Below are positions 12,338 to 25,330 of a stretch of 64,000 nt of DNA, piece by piece. Source of the stretch: Fistulifera solaris (taxonomy: Eukaryota); the NCBI GenBank assembly GCA_030295235.1, contig AP026151.1:124001-188000 (forward strand), written 5' to 3'. The first letter of the stretch is position 1. Each line of letters opens with the position of its first letter. The position numbers were made by a program, and so were the translations under genes. Below the pieces are notes generated by a model. It saw nothing but the letters and a program-made list of their open reading frames with translations. It ran no database searches and was not told the origin of the DNA.

Positions 12338-13045
12338 GTCCAGAATTTCTGGACCTGTCGCCGAATTTCTGTTTGAACGCGACCACCGATTCCAGAATTT
12401 CTGGAACAGGAACAGAATTTTCCAGATTTTCTGGAACCCCTTATACAGATTTTCGGTATCAATGCAAACACTTTGGTCCAGAATTTCTGGACCTGTCGCC
12501 GAATTTCTGGATTCACGTAACCTTCGATTCCAGAATTTCTGGAATTTGAACAGAGTTTTCCAGATTTTCTGGAACGGTATGAATGCAAACACTGAGGTCC
12601 AGACTTTCTGGACCTGTCGCCGAATTTCTGCTTGAACGCGGCCACCGATTCCAGAATTTCTGGAACAGGAACAGAATTTTCCAGATTTTCTGAAACCCCT
12701 TATACAGATTTTCGGTATCAATGCAAACACTTTGGTCCAGACTTTCTGGACCTGTCGCCGAATTTCTGGATTCACGTAACCTTCGATTCCAGAATTTCTG
12801 GAACAGGAACAGAATTTTCCAGATTTTCTGGAACGGTATGAATGCAAACACTTTGGTCCAGAATTTCTGGACCTGTCGCCGAATTTCTGTATGTACGCAA
12901 CCATCTATTCCAGAATTTCTGGAAACGGAACAGAGTTTTCCAGATTTTCTGTAACGGTATGAATGCAAACACTTTGGTCCAGAATTTGTGGACCTGTCGC
13001 TGAATTTCTGTTAATCGCGACCACCGATTCCAGAATTTCTGGAAC
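12338..13045. repeat. Palindrome-rich satellite with monomers of 138, 121, 138, 121, 121 bp plus a partial unit; degenerate lead-in from ~12060
   Basis: gtccaga(a/c)tttctggacctgtcgccgaatttctg starts at 12338, 12476, 12597, 12735, 12856 and 12977. Confidence 0.95.
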
Positions 13046-13263
13046 TTTCCCTGCTTCTTTGGCACGCGATCGCAGGAAACGACGTTAAAATTCTGCCTCG
13101 CCGTAGACTCTACGTAGAAACTTGTACTGATACTTTGTAGGCAGAATTTTTTAAAACGTCCTTTCCAGGATTCGCAACCACATCGCTCTCGAAGATTTGA
13201 TTTTGATGTTCTTCTCTCCTTTTAACCTTGGTATTCTCTTTCTGTATTGCAAAACAAAGCATC

Positions 13264-14500
13264 ATGTCGTTATTGCAAGAACTACCTACGGCGGTGCTGC
13301 ATTGCATCGCGTTATACATTCTCCGACGGCGTCACGCTGTGTCATTTCGAAGGCACGTGCCGCAATGTTCGTGCGGCCGTTCAAAGTACGATGGATCCGT
13401 GGCATGCTTTGTATTGTCAACGATGGAGTTTTCGCGACACGAGCGTGTCATTCTTCGACAAGCAAGCGTACGCCGAACGACACGCAAAAGATCGAGAAGC
13501 GAAACAGTTGTGTCAAAGTATCCTTCAGCGTGCTACTACTGCAGATGCTTCCGAAGATGTGAAAGCATGGGAACAAGCAAACGATAAAGAATTTCGACGA
13601 CTCTTTGCCATGGGAACAGATATTTTCGACGTTTGTTGGACCGTTCATGATCAAATCGAATCTGCAAGCGATCAAGAACGCTCGAGAACTCTGTTGCTGC
13701 ATCTTCAATTTGCGGCGATTATCACTGACCTGGTGAACTCGATTCATCTTCAACGACCCGCATTAGCCGATGAACGATTAGAACAACTAGCGATCCAAGC
13801 AAGTTTGTTGGCTTGTAACGATGCCTATCGCAATTTTGAGCAATTTGCGGAAGAAGCGATACGAGCACCGCTCGAGGCCATGGCCCAGAAGGTTCGCGAA
13901 CGCTTGGCCGGAAGATCCGCAACGACGGCGCAGACTATTGAAACGCTTCATCAAGTATTTTTCTTCGAAGAAGGCTTTACGGGGAACGCGGATGACTACT
14001 ATAACATTGAGAACTCGTTTTTGAATTTCGCGTTGCAGCGAAAACGAGCCATCCCGATGACGCTAGCGATTCTATACAAAGGCGTGGCAAGGAGGCTGAA
14101 TGTCGAAGTGGATATAATCGGCCTTCCAGGACAAATTGTCGTAGGGATTCCAGCATTGGGCTATCATGTCGATGTATTCAACGGCGGGCGTGTTTTGCAG
14201 AGGGAAAATCTCATCGAAATTTGTAACAGTTACGGTCACACTTTTGACGAAGAATTGTTGCATCCGTTATCTCCGGAAAGTACAGTGTCGCGTATTGGTC
14301 ACAACATCATGACTTGTGTTGGGCGTGCTGCAGGCAATGTGACTGCAGCTGCTAGTCCCTCAGCATTGCGTTTAATCATGGCCATTTCGCTAAATATGAC
14401 CTTGCGCGGTCCCCGTCACACCGAAATGGTATTTGGACAATGTCACATGAGTCTAGTGGGTAGGTGGAATCGATTGTACGGAAGGCGTGATGATGAATAG
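13264..14500 (+). CDS. F-box + SirB1/Transglut_core2-like protein (FBXO21-like); one frameshift near 13320
   Basis: MSLLQELPTAVLHCIALY F-box in one frame, continuing in the 417-aa ORF with GFTGNADDYYNIENSFLNFALQRKRAIPMTLAILY...GLPG. Confidence 0.8.
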
Positions 14501-15187
14501 CTTTGATATACGGTCACGGGTTGCGCAACTCTGTGTCTCCTTTTCGCATTGCAGGGATATTATTTTCGTCAGATGAGAATGTTCTCTATGCGTCCACGTC
14601 CTTCTACCGACTAGGTTGAACTCATACCGCACAATGAACTGCTGCTAAAATTGGGACTGTTGTTTACATGATCTTCAAGGCAAATGCATTATGCTTTTTG
14701 AGTTAACCGCTTCACTAGAATGATCCTTTCAATCGGCGGCTGGTTAAGAGACACTGCTTGCTGCTGAAACGGCGAGAAAGATGATCACGACGAATTACTG
14801 CATCATTTGTCTCGTGCTGCTCAAGTAGGCTTCGCGCTTCTGGTTTCGAAGAAAGCAGGCATTGGAGGAGTTGTGAATATCGTAGACTTTCGAGAATTCA
14901 CCTCGAGTGCACGATGACGGACGATCTTGCTGCATTATGATTTCAGGGACGTTATAAAACGGGCAAAGAAAGGTTTTCGTCTCTGCTAACAGAAATCGAA
15001 AAGCGCACTCGCAAATATCATTGACCCTCGTTTGAAACTAGTAAAGCTCGATAAAATTTGAATCCTTATAAACACATGATTCATTCGTCAATTTAAGTCA
15101 ACGAATGCCTCTCCTTTATTATTAATTGCTCATTGCAAGCAAATTGTTGTAGGGAGGCTGTGGAAAGTAAGCGCGGCTTGGGAGGTA

Positions 15188-18100
15188 CTATTGCTCGCCA
15201 AACCCAAGCTCATCGTCCATGTCGAACTCTACGTCGTCATCATCGAACTCTTCGTCGCCATCATCTTCTGGCACTTCATCTTCGTAGTCGTCTGCGTATT
15301 CATCTTCATATTCGGATGAAGCATAGTCATTGTTGTCGGTTTCATCCGTCGGAACAACGACGCTTTTGTCTTCCATGATCTTGAGCATCTGTGTCTCGAA
15401 ATCCAGTAACATCTGATCTCGGTCTTGCGGGTGTATGTCCGTACAAAGATACATCTCTTGACGATAAAAGCTCAGCGTTTTCAATAATTCTTGCTTTTCC
15501 TCAACGGGTCTACCTTCAATGCCATTGTCGGTCAGATCCTGCATAGTAGCACTAATTTTTGAGAAGAGCCCAGGGCCATATTTCGCTTCGTGCTCGTCGG
15601 CCATTTGCGGATATCCCATCTTTCGTAACGCATATGCGTTATCACGGCGACCTTGTTGATACCAGTAGTCCTTTACGTAGTCCCAGTTATGGTACGGGCG
15701 CCACCACAGCTTCGGGTCATCGTTTGTCTCCGTAAAGGGTCCGTCCGCGATTATCTTGTCAGGCAAGCCCATCGGAATGTCCACCATTTTAGCATAGTCG
15801 GGATGGCCAAAGGCACTCAGTAACAGTGTTTCGGATGTCATGGCTCGTTCATTTGGATCTAACGGCAACGCCATGGTTTCTGAAAACCACATGAAATCGA
15901 TCATACGCAAGAGACTCACTTTTTCGGGGTGGTATGCCTCTAAGAAATTCTGCAGTTCACGCAACCGCTTCACAGCCTGTCCGAGTTCATAGCCCGCCAA
16001 TGCTTCTGGCCACGGGTCTTCGTCTGGCATGACAAAGTCTTCATAGACAAACAAATCACCGCGAATCATGTAGTACGCATACATAGCACACATGGCTTTC
16101 TCGAAAGGAACATCCAGGAAATACTTATCATCACCCCAATCGAACCCTAAAGCGTCCAATTGAGCTTTTCGTCCAGGTATATGTTTCACTTCGAGACTCC
16201 CATCTCGAATTCGCCGTACTATACTACCAAGTTGCATGCCACCTAAATGTTCGGGCCACCTATCTATTGTTTTCAGCACTTTAGGAGCAGCAACGGTAGC
16301 GACTCGAGCCCGAGCATTGACTATCTCTTGCTCTTCTTCCACTTGTTGCTCCAGGCGACGAATTTCTGCAGCGATGATGTCTTCACCACTGTTATCGCGA
16401 AACAGGCTGTTTCTGGCACCCCGGTCATCGTCACCAAAACTAGCAATGGCAGCCGCGGCACGCGTATCGAGATCAAACTGATCAAAAGCATCTATTCCAT
16501 CCTCATAATCATCGTCATCGTCGTCGTCCAAATCCAAGAATCCGGTTACTTCTTTGGGTGTGGGTACCACGAAGTACACATCGTCATCCTTTTCGTTCTT
16601 TGTAGGCGCGAAAGTAAGGTTGCCATACATGGCCTTATAAACGGTAAGAGCTTCGACGACATCTTCAAAGACAAAGTCATCACCAAAATCATCATTGAAC
16701 CATGGAATATCTTTGGTCTGTTTTCCTTTTATAACTCTCTTATTGGGAGTCAAGCCTTCGATGACATTGACTTCCAGGGCCCGTTCGGTAGCCTCTTTCA
16801 AACTTTCATCCAATGTGCGTTCTTCGACATATTCTTCTTCGACTGACGAAGATGATGTCGACGACAGCATGTCTGCCCCGGACGCCATCCCTGAAGATGT
16901 TTCCGACATTCGTGCGCCATCGAAATTCCAGCCAGAGGCCGCAGAATCGTCACCCTCTGAGTACAGTCCATCGCCCGCATCAAACGAGCCTTCCAGTAGC
17001 GCTTTGAAACCTGCATCCTCTTCGTCTTCTTCGCCCCACTGCGACGCTCGACGTCGCGTGCCTCTCACTGGAGGAGTCCAAGCGAATCCCAATTCGTCTA
17101 GCATCTTTCGGCGCGACGGATAGTTATTCACAAATGTTCCTTGTGATCGAATAGCATTGACACGTGCCCCTAAACGTAATCCCCATGTTGCTTCCGGCCA
17201 ACGTCTGTCATTTTTAGGCACAGCAAAGGTTGCGGAACCAACAAATCTCCATGAATGGATTTGTAAGTCTGTAGTGCTAAATACACATTTTGAAAGCGGA
17301 CATCATTGGCGGATCCTTGCGCATCGAGCTCATTGACACCATTGTAAATATTGCTGTCGGTCTTTGCAGGTGATTTCAAGTATGGCTGTTTGGGTGCAGC
17401 GGATGATTCGGTCGGTTTCTCCCTGGCTTCCTCGTTGTAATTACCATCATCAACCTTCATATCAGCGGTATCATTCTCCGCATCTTGTTTTCGAAAGCCG
17501 GCTTCCGCAAACGCTCGTTGCGCAGCTGCATTCTGCGGAATGACTGTATCACGCACAACCGGCCAGAATCGCCCCAACGGCATGCCATGCACTTCCTGTG
17601 GCCACGGATCTTGCGCGGGCACGGTGAAAGTATTGGGAATCTCTACAATACCTTCGCTGTTTTTGTTATTCAGTTTTTGATACGTCTGATAAGCCAACTT
17701 GACTTGCTGCCACGAGACCTGTTGCGGTTCCGATTTATTCGATCGAATTTGCCACACAAATCCCAATTGCTCGAGGGCTTTTCTTCGTTCCGGTGTCAAA
17801 TATTTCCCCGTGGCACGAATTTCGGCCACAACTTTTCCCAATTTGAGTTCATGAGCAGCTTCTGGCCACGGTTTAATGTTGGGAACGACAAACCGTTGCG
17901 GTACTTTAAGATCACCGAACGCGGCTTTGTATAAACGAAAGGCTGCGAAAATCGCTTTCCATTCGGCTTCGTCGTTGTCGGCATTATTATTAGTATTACC
18001 GTTCGACTGATTCAAACGTGTTCTCCATGATCGTGCTGATACAGCAGAACTATGCAATATTGAAGGTCTCGGAAGAAATAGTCTTTGTTTCGGAAAGGAA

Positions 18101-18189
18101 TGTTGATGTTGTAACGTCCAAGAAAACAGAGGTACACACAAAAGAAACAAAACAAAGCCAGTCAAGTCGATTCGTATAACACGAATCAT
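15188..18189 (-). CDS. Helicase-associated (HA) domain repeat protein with N-terminal targeting-like sequence; frameshift ~17225
   Basis: Repeated YK..GDL.VP..F..P....WP....LG......R.......LD.LGF.W units; acidic C-terminus. Confidence 0.75.
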
Positions 18190-20169
18190 TGTGAAAATAT
18201 GACACAATAGAAAAAAGAATAGATCAATGTAGACTAATATGAATAAGCTCCTTTCCTTCCATCTCTTCTCACTTTTGATGGATGGGTGATGATTCGATTG
18301 AGTTTATTGATGGCTCACCACGTTTGTTTCCGTGTCGTTATCGTCGTGTTCTTCTCGGTTGATGTTGATGGAGGTTGTGACTCTTGTGTGACGGACGGAC
18401 CGACGATTGGAAGGCAGGACGGACGCTGGTGAAAAATCGTGCGCGCACTGACCGCGCGCGTTGACACGGGGCGGACAACCGGTACTCAAGACTTAGAGAC
18501 ATGGAACACCTGTGTCGTGTGTACGTGGCGCACAATTCTACAGAATAAGTGAGTGTCGCGCATTCACGAACAAAAATCCATCCAGAACTGCTCCTTTCAA
18601 CCGTTATCCAAGTCATCTTCTCCCCCATTTCCTTTGCAACATAAAGAAGGAACATCACAACAAAGAAACCTTCAACAATCATCTCCTTTCATCGCTTTTG
18701 GTCTTATAATTGACTCTCTCCTTGAATAGAATGAAGAAGGTGGCGTCGAATTCGTCCCTCCGTCATGAAAATTGGCGGCCACCGAGAAGGTACGCCGCCA
18801 TGATACTTCTCGCCACCATGATCGAGCAAATCTTTCTGGTTTGGCATAGAGTCATGATGCAGTTCGAGGAGAGTTTAGTACATCAAATCAAGATGGTTCA
18901 TTTGACATCGGGTGCCTCCACGAGTTACTCTTCTCTTTCCTCCGTCAACAAGTAGACCCAATGGGAAGTATCAACAGCGAATGTTACCCGTCATTTTGAA
19001 CCTTTCGACGTTGTTTTGTGTGTAAAGTATACCCAAATTGAGTTAAATATTGCAAATAGAGTCCACTGTTCTCATAGCTATTTAATTTTTGCAACTAAAC
19101 ACTAACTCGTAAGAGAAGCAGCAGAGGTCTTTTTCATTCCGTCATGAATTAAACGGATCTAATGTGTAACTTTTTCTCGCTAAACTGATGGCCATTTTTC
19201 TTTTGTATAATAAGTCGATATACCTCACGCAAACGTGCTCTTTACTTCATTATTATAAGCATGCAGTTTTCAATAGAATATGCAAATAAATCGATCGGAA
19301 ATTTAGGCCAAAGTGTGGTCCGTATTTCATCACGACTGGATTTCAGTCATGAGTTAGGAACAACAGTGCGAGCCTACGAGATATCCTTTTTTCATTCGTT
19401 TGTAAGCTTATTATGTTGCTTCGGCATGCTGTCACTGCTATCAGCAGCACTACATACGGCAAAAGGCATTGGTACCTGAATGATGGTGCGTAGCCTTATC
19501 AGCAACAGTTTTCAAGAAACAAACTTGCTAGAACCACAGTCTACGTGATAGTAAATTTTGACATTATTCAACGAAAGACAATTTTGAGCTTTATTCATGA
19601 AACCCGTTATCAACATCAACACTAATGCCTTATATGGTGGCATTCATGCCGAAGGATGATTCATTAATGCTGCTTATGATGTTCTCGTTTTTGAAACATA
19701 TGCGACAATTTCGTTTCGGGACTGACATGACGTAAGTCGTTTTTCCGTAAACCAACAGTTTACGTTATAGTAAATTTTGACAACATTCAACGCAAGACAA
19801 TTCAAAGCGACTTACTTGATGTTGCCTGTGTGTGCTAGTCTTTACATCTCTTATTGTTTAATAAAAATCACCTGGCAACTGGCAATAGGACAATAGGAAG
19901 TTTATTTGATAACATATTCATTAACACGCCAATGCATTCGTAGTCTCGGGCCTCGGGCAGGAGGAGTCGTCTCGCCGCCGTCCGTCACCGTGATACGTCA
20001 CGTTTTTTCTCCTTTTTTCGTTATCGATGCGATGCGATCGCGTTGTGATCATACTTTTGGTGATGATTCGATCATTCGATCATTCCTTCATAAACAGACA
20101 AGAATAAGAATACATCATTATTATCATAACAGACTCAATTCGGCTTGCTTTTCCGTGTATTCCGAAATC

Positions 20170-21022
20170 ATGACAACTACATTCAGCAGCGAAGGATTTG
20201 ATTTAGATGCGGCAGCATCGTCCTCGAATGTCATTTACGAAATCGGTGGTGCTGTTTCCTCTGAACCAGAGACGACTCCGGCTGTACCGGAAGCAACGGC
20301 TACAACAGACGAACCTTCTACAGCCGAATCGTTCAAACAACAAGGCAATCAAGCTTTTTTTGAAAGGGGATTACCTGGAAGCGTACGAATGGTATACGCA
20401 AGCGATTGAAGCCACGCCGGGTATGAAAGCGAAAGAATTACTGCAGCAAAAGGAGGAATGGGAAAAAGAACAAAATAGGCTAGCGCGAGAGAGACTGTAC
20501 GAGCGTGATCAGAAAAAGAACGAAGATGACGAAGAGCCTCTTGACAGCAAAACCTCATCCGAGACGACGACTCAATTTACCGCACCACCGCACGAACACG
20601 CCACCGAATTATCTATTTACTACGCCAATCGTGCAGCTGCACTGTATTCGTTGCAGCGATACGAAGAATCTGTTAAAGACTGCAATGTTGCACTCTTGTG
20701 GAATCCAAAATATGTCAAAGCTCTTGTACGACGATCGAAAGGACACGAACAGCTGGAGCATTACGATTTGGCCTTACAAGACGCGAAACTAGCTTTTGAA
20801 TTGGGTGATACTAAAACGAAACAATCGTTACGACCTGCCTTGACACGCTTACAGAAAGCCGAAGATGCGCGACTGGAAAAGCTCAAAACCGAAACCTTGG
20901 GGCAACTCAAAGAGCTGGGAAATTCGATTTTGGGCAACTTCGGCTTGTCATTGGACAACTTTCAGGCCGTCCAAGATCCAAATACGGGATCGTATAGCAT
21001 ATCATTTCAGAACAACAAGTAG
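20170..21022 (+). CDS. TTC1: TPR protein, TTC1-like; frameshift in the T-run at ~20355
   Basis: AESFKQQGNQAF, YYANRAAA TPR motifs; C-terminal LKELGNSILGNFGLSLDNFQAVQDPNTGSYSISF typical of TTC1. Confidence 0.85.
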
Positions 21023-21152
21023 CAGCAGTAGTCTAATAGAATCACGATAGCGATAGGAGTAAGAAAAAGTAGCATAATCCGTGTTTAGCGTTAGAATCTT
21101 TGAATCTACAAAATTCCTTGCAAAAAAAAACACTGTAGCTGCTCTATGTGGT

Positions 21153-23568
21153 TCAAGATCCTTCTGATGGATTAGGCTGACTCGCGGCGGTGGGAGATTT
21201 AGAACCATCGCCGCCTCCTTCTCCTTGCGGCGTATTCCGTCCACTGCCGCTGTTGCTAAAACTCGGCGAGAATCGACCACCCTGTCCCCGGCCACCATTG
21301 CCTCGGCCTCTACCGTTGCGACCGGCATTACGCCCTCCTCCGCGTGCGCCGCCTGCGCCACCACGCCCGCCTCGACCACGGAAACCGTCTTCCATGGGAG
21401 GAGGTCCTTGCTCATAGCCATACGGGTATGCCATGGGAGGGTAACCGTAAGGCGTGTGCATGGGAGGACCAACCATAGGGTACCGATTCATGGGATGCAT
21501 AAATTGGGGAGGAAAAGCACGTTGTTGCTGTTGCGGGTACATGCCATAATATTGAACATTGTAGTGCATGGGAACACCTGCCTGGGGAGGTTGTTGCTGA
21601 TGTTGTGCATCCGTTGAATGTTGCGCTTGTTGCGAGGATGCCGCTGCTTCGGAAACAGATGATGTTTCTCCTTCTTGCGGCTGAGATGTTTCGGCTTGCT
21701 GTTGCTCTTCTGACGAAGTGGGAACTTTAGCATCATCTGCGGACTCCGAAGAGGCAGTTGCATTGACGGGCGCCGACGATACCGTTGCTGGCGGGGGTGG
21801 ACCTTGTGGTGGCATTCCGCCAGGCATGTGAGCTTGCATTTGCTGAGGATCCATGCCGGGGTACGGATAACGCATACCCGGATACTGTGGATGGCCCATC
21901 ACATGCACCATGGCTGTGAGCAAAAGAGGAAGAAAAAATGACGAACGAAAGATGTGATTGAGAAATCGTACGATCAGACGACAGCGAGGCAAACTCGGTT
22001 AAAATGATACTCACTGGGCTGTGTCATGGGGCCGTGCATGTACATGTGGGGCGCCAAAGGCATGCCCGTATTCGGATCGTACACGATGGGCATTGGTTGA
22101 CTGGGCGGTATGCTTTCGGGCGGGGGTACGCTCGCACTTCCCGGCGTAAACGATTTGGCGTTGATATTAAATGTGAACGACTTGGCATTGGCGTTCAATT
22201 TGGATTTCCCGACTTCCTTCGTTTCGGAGGAAGTTGCTGGTTTCTCTTCTTTGGATGCCTCTTCGGAGGGTTTCTCGGACTTGACCTCTGCTTCTTTTTT
22301 TCTCCGCGACTTTCTCCTCGTCCGGCTGTTCTTTCTTGCGGTTGGATGTAACCGGCGTTGCTTCCGCCATGGATGACTCTTCGACCTTGGGAGTGCTGGG
22401 TACAAGTACTGGTGCCACCTCAATCTTGGGGGCATCTCCCGTTGTCGCCGCCGAAGAAATTGTCTGCTTCTGCGATTTGTCTGCTTTGGCCACTGCCGCC
22501 CAATTCATAGGCTGCTTCTTGGGCTGCTCTTTCAAAACACCCGAATACAAGTCCTCCTCATCGTAATCTCCTTGAATTTTGTGACCTCGTTCTTCGGCAA
22601 TGTGTGGATTGGAACTGGCGGCACCCTCAATTTCTCTCGCCAATTTTTCCGCGTGTTCGATTTTTTCTTGATCTATGGTCGATTTGTCGAGTTCCGTCGT
22701 ATAGAGATTCTCATCATAGCTGGCCTTGACATTAAAGAGCTGCTCATTCGCTTTGAACTGATCCCAGCCGCCAATCGATCCTTGCAGTCCAGCTTGTACC
22801 GGACGGGGCGCATTCCCCAACAAGGCATCCGCACGACTGTTCCCATTCCCACTGGAAGGAGGAGACGCAATCGGAGTCGTCCAGGCGGATCCGGCAGCCA
22901 CCAAGCCTTTGTTACCTCCCGAATTCTTTCCGCTAATTTCGGTATCCGTTTGAAAAGTGCCGTTCGGATTGTTGTTCGAATTGGTATTGTTGTTGTTTGT
23001 CAAAGCATCCATGCGAATCGATTTCAAATGCAAATGCACGACCTGAGACATGTCTACCACAAGCGTTTGACCGGCCTTGACTCCAGTGCTCAATTCCTTC
23101 GGAGCTTGGATGATTGAGACGGCTTTGAGAACGAACTTATGGCGTTGATCGGCAGGCAAGGAAGGAAAGGGCGTGGCCGTATGAAAGATTCCTCCGTACA
23201 CGGCACCATCCACCAAAGTCATTTGTACTTTCTGTCCTACCATGTTGAGAAGTAAGTGCAAAAATCGTTCGCGGAGTGCATCGACGTTGCTGGGTACTGC
23301 AGAAGACGATTTGAAGGAAAGCGACAAACCAGGAGGAGGTGTAACACTTTTCTGAAGCGGTTTACTCCATGCGTTCGGTTTCGTCGAAGTGCGTTTGCTG
23401 CAATCAGACAATAATAGAGATTATACAAAGTAAGATTTGAGTATATATGCTTTGATAAAAAGAAAGATTCGTCTCAACATTGATAGTGCATTCGACTCAG
23501 AAAAGCCGTACGTACCCAGCGGCATCCTCTTTCTTGACACCCTTCATAGCGCCGCTGCTGCTGCTCAT
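21153..23568 (-). CDS. Ataxin-2/Pbp1-like RNA-binding protein; introns 23398-23515 and 21914-22014; frameshift ~22295
   Basis: LSm domain (GQKVQMTLVDGAVYGGIF), LsmAD (WDQFKANEQLFNVKASYDENLYTTELD...HIAEERG), tandem PAM2 motifs (KLNANAKSF), RGG and Q/P-rich tail. Confidence 0.9.
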
Positions 23569-24397
23569 GATGCTTTTCTCTGCTACAGATTCTACGGCCT
23601 TACAAGATAACAAGTGTGTTAACTTCGCTAGGGTTCAAACAAGCGACAGATCGAATGATGAACGATTGAAAACACACAATGCGCAACAACAACGACGAGA
23701 TCAAGAACCGATAAACGACAGTATTGGCGCGGACGGTAGTTAAGCTCGACCACGCTTCTTTTACAGCAGACCATTATTCGCAAGCAAGGGTGCTTATTTC
23801 ATAGCGTCGGGGTCTTGTCTTTGTTGTTATTTACCGCTTACCGCGCGGATGCGATGGAGGCTTCAAAGCGGCTCACGGACGGACGCTAACGTTGAAGAGT
23901 GTTTGTTAGTCGTCGTCGACTGAGCCTACTAACTGGTACAGGTACCTTTTATTAGGAGCAAATGGTAATGCTCCCGAAAGCATTCATAAAAAGTCAAGTT
24001 ATGAATGCGTTTTCATCGACAACGGAGTGTATAATAATGTTGCATGTTTTGAAAAAATGATTCATGACTGAAATACAGTCCTGGGAAAGTTATCTTACAC
24101 TTTGGGCTTATACTAAAGCCTTGTCGACTAAAACAATAGAAAAGTGTATCCCAGATGCTGATAAACCTAAATCTATCCTTTGCCCCTAATTAGTGAATAA
24201 ACGAATATTGTTGGGGAGAGAAAATCAACTCGCTAATTATAAATTACTACTTTAGGATCCATCACTTTTTGCATGCAGGATGGTATTACAGTGCACTGTT
24301 TTCCTTTTACTTTGTACGGCAGGATTGGTTCTATTCACATGTTTGGAGCAACTAAATTTCTGTATTGCTTGCTCCACTTGGTGGACCGAATGATTGA

Positions 24398-25330
24398 TTA
24401 TGCTTTCGGTTCCATGGCTTGAGTTCCACCTTGACTCATCGCCGACAGCTCCTTCTCGTAGCGCTTCCAATCACGCTGTGCCACGCGACGGTAAAAGTCT
24501 TTCTGCTTGTTGGGAAGCGCCTTCCAACGACGCGAGACTTCTTTCGACAGGGCAGTAAAACTTAGTTTACCATGCGTTTTGCAATGAATGCGTTTTTCCG
24601 ACCGATCACGATTCCAGTGACCTTGAAGCAAAGCATCTTCTTTTTCTTTCGACCAATCGTGCTCTTTGTTGTTCAAAATACGATCGCGTTCGTCTCGAAA
24701 GAAAAAGTTATAAGCCGATAGGGCTCGAAGAGGTCCGGGAGTGTTGTCACAAGCCTTGTTGTATTGTGATCTCTTGTGAAATTTCTTGCTTCGTTTCGAT
24801 TTCGGCGACTCCGTTCGCTCGACCACAATGTCATCGTTCCTCTTGATGCGCTTATTGCGTCCAAGCGATAGAGATTCACTGTCTTGCATGCCACAACGAG
24901 CTCCTATCTCAATTCTGTCTTCCACAGTGTTTCGATTCAAAATCGGTACCTCCGGTGCCGAGTTGGAGAAGCGGTCATAATCGATGATATCCGATGTCAT
25001 CAGTTCCGCTACATCCAAAGGAAGAAGGTCCCTGTCACTCGTCGACTTGAATTCCAATTCTGACTCCGTCGGAACAATATCTCCGTCCGTCTCTTCGAGA
25101 GATGGAGAGACGCAGTAAATGCCGTGCCTCTGCTGTTCCATCATGGCAACAAATGGAGAAGAGCAAACTTCATTTGTCGTCAAGTGACGCTGTGGAAGCG
25201 TCCTGGCTTGTACAAACGATTGAATCGCGTCGGCTTCATCATACTTGGGCTGATAAGTCCATTCAGTTTCGTTGCCGAGAAGTCGCAACAAATTTACCAT
25301 ATCATTCGTCGTCGGTTCTGTTTCCGCCAT
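24398..25330 (-). CDS. HMG-box protein
   Basis: PLRALSAYNFFFRDER...HGKLSFTALSKEVSRRWKAL...FYRRVAQRDWKRYEKEL. Confidence 0.85.
   Translation of the reverse strand: MAETEPTTNDMVNLLRLLGNETEWTYQPKYDEADAIQSFVQARTLPQRHLTTNEVCSSPFVAMMEQQRHGIYCVSPSLEETDGDIVPTESELEFKSTSDRDLLPLDVAELMTSDIIDYDRFSNSAPEVPILNRNTVEDRIEIGARCGMQDSESLSLGRNKRIKRNDDIVVERTESPKSKRSKKFHKRSQYNKACDNTPGPLRALSAYNFFFRDERDRILNNKEHDWSKEKEDALLQGHWNRDRSEKRIHCKTHGKLSFTALSKEVSRRWKALPNKQKDFYRRVAQRDWKRYEKELSAMSQGGTQAMEPKA

Noticed and set aside
12338..13045. CRISPR-like look (palindromic repeats with short variable segments)
   Set aside because: Variable segments are only ~16 nt and recur, monomers are 121-138 bp, no cas genes, eukaryotic context; it is a satellite
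12068..13065. Overlapping repetitive ORFs (up to 278 aa) on both strands
   Set aside because: By-product of a stop-poor satellite; no domain signal
14520..15000. Coding-like composition downstream of the F-box gene
   Set aside because: No ORF or recognisable motif in the frames I translated; cannot support a gene call
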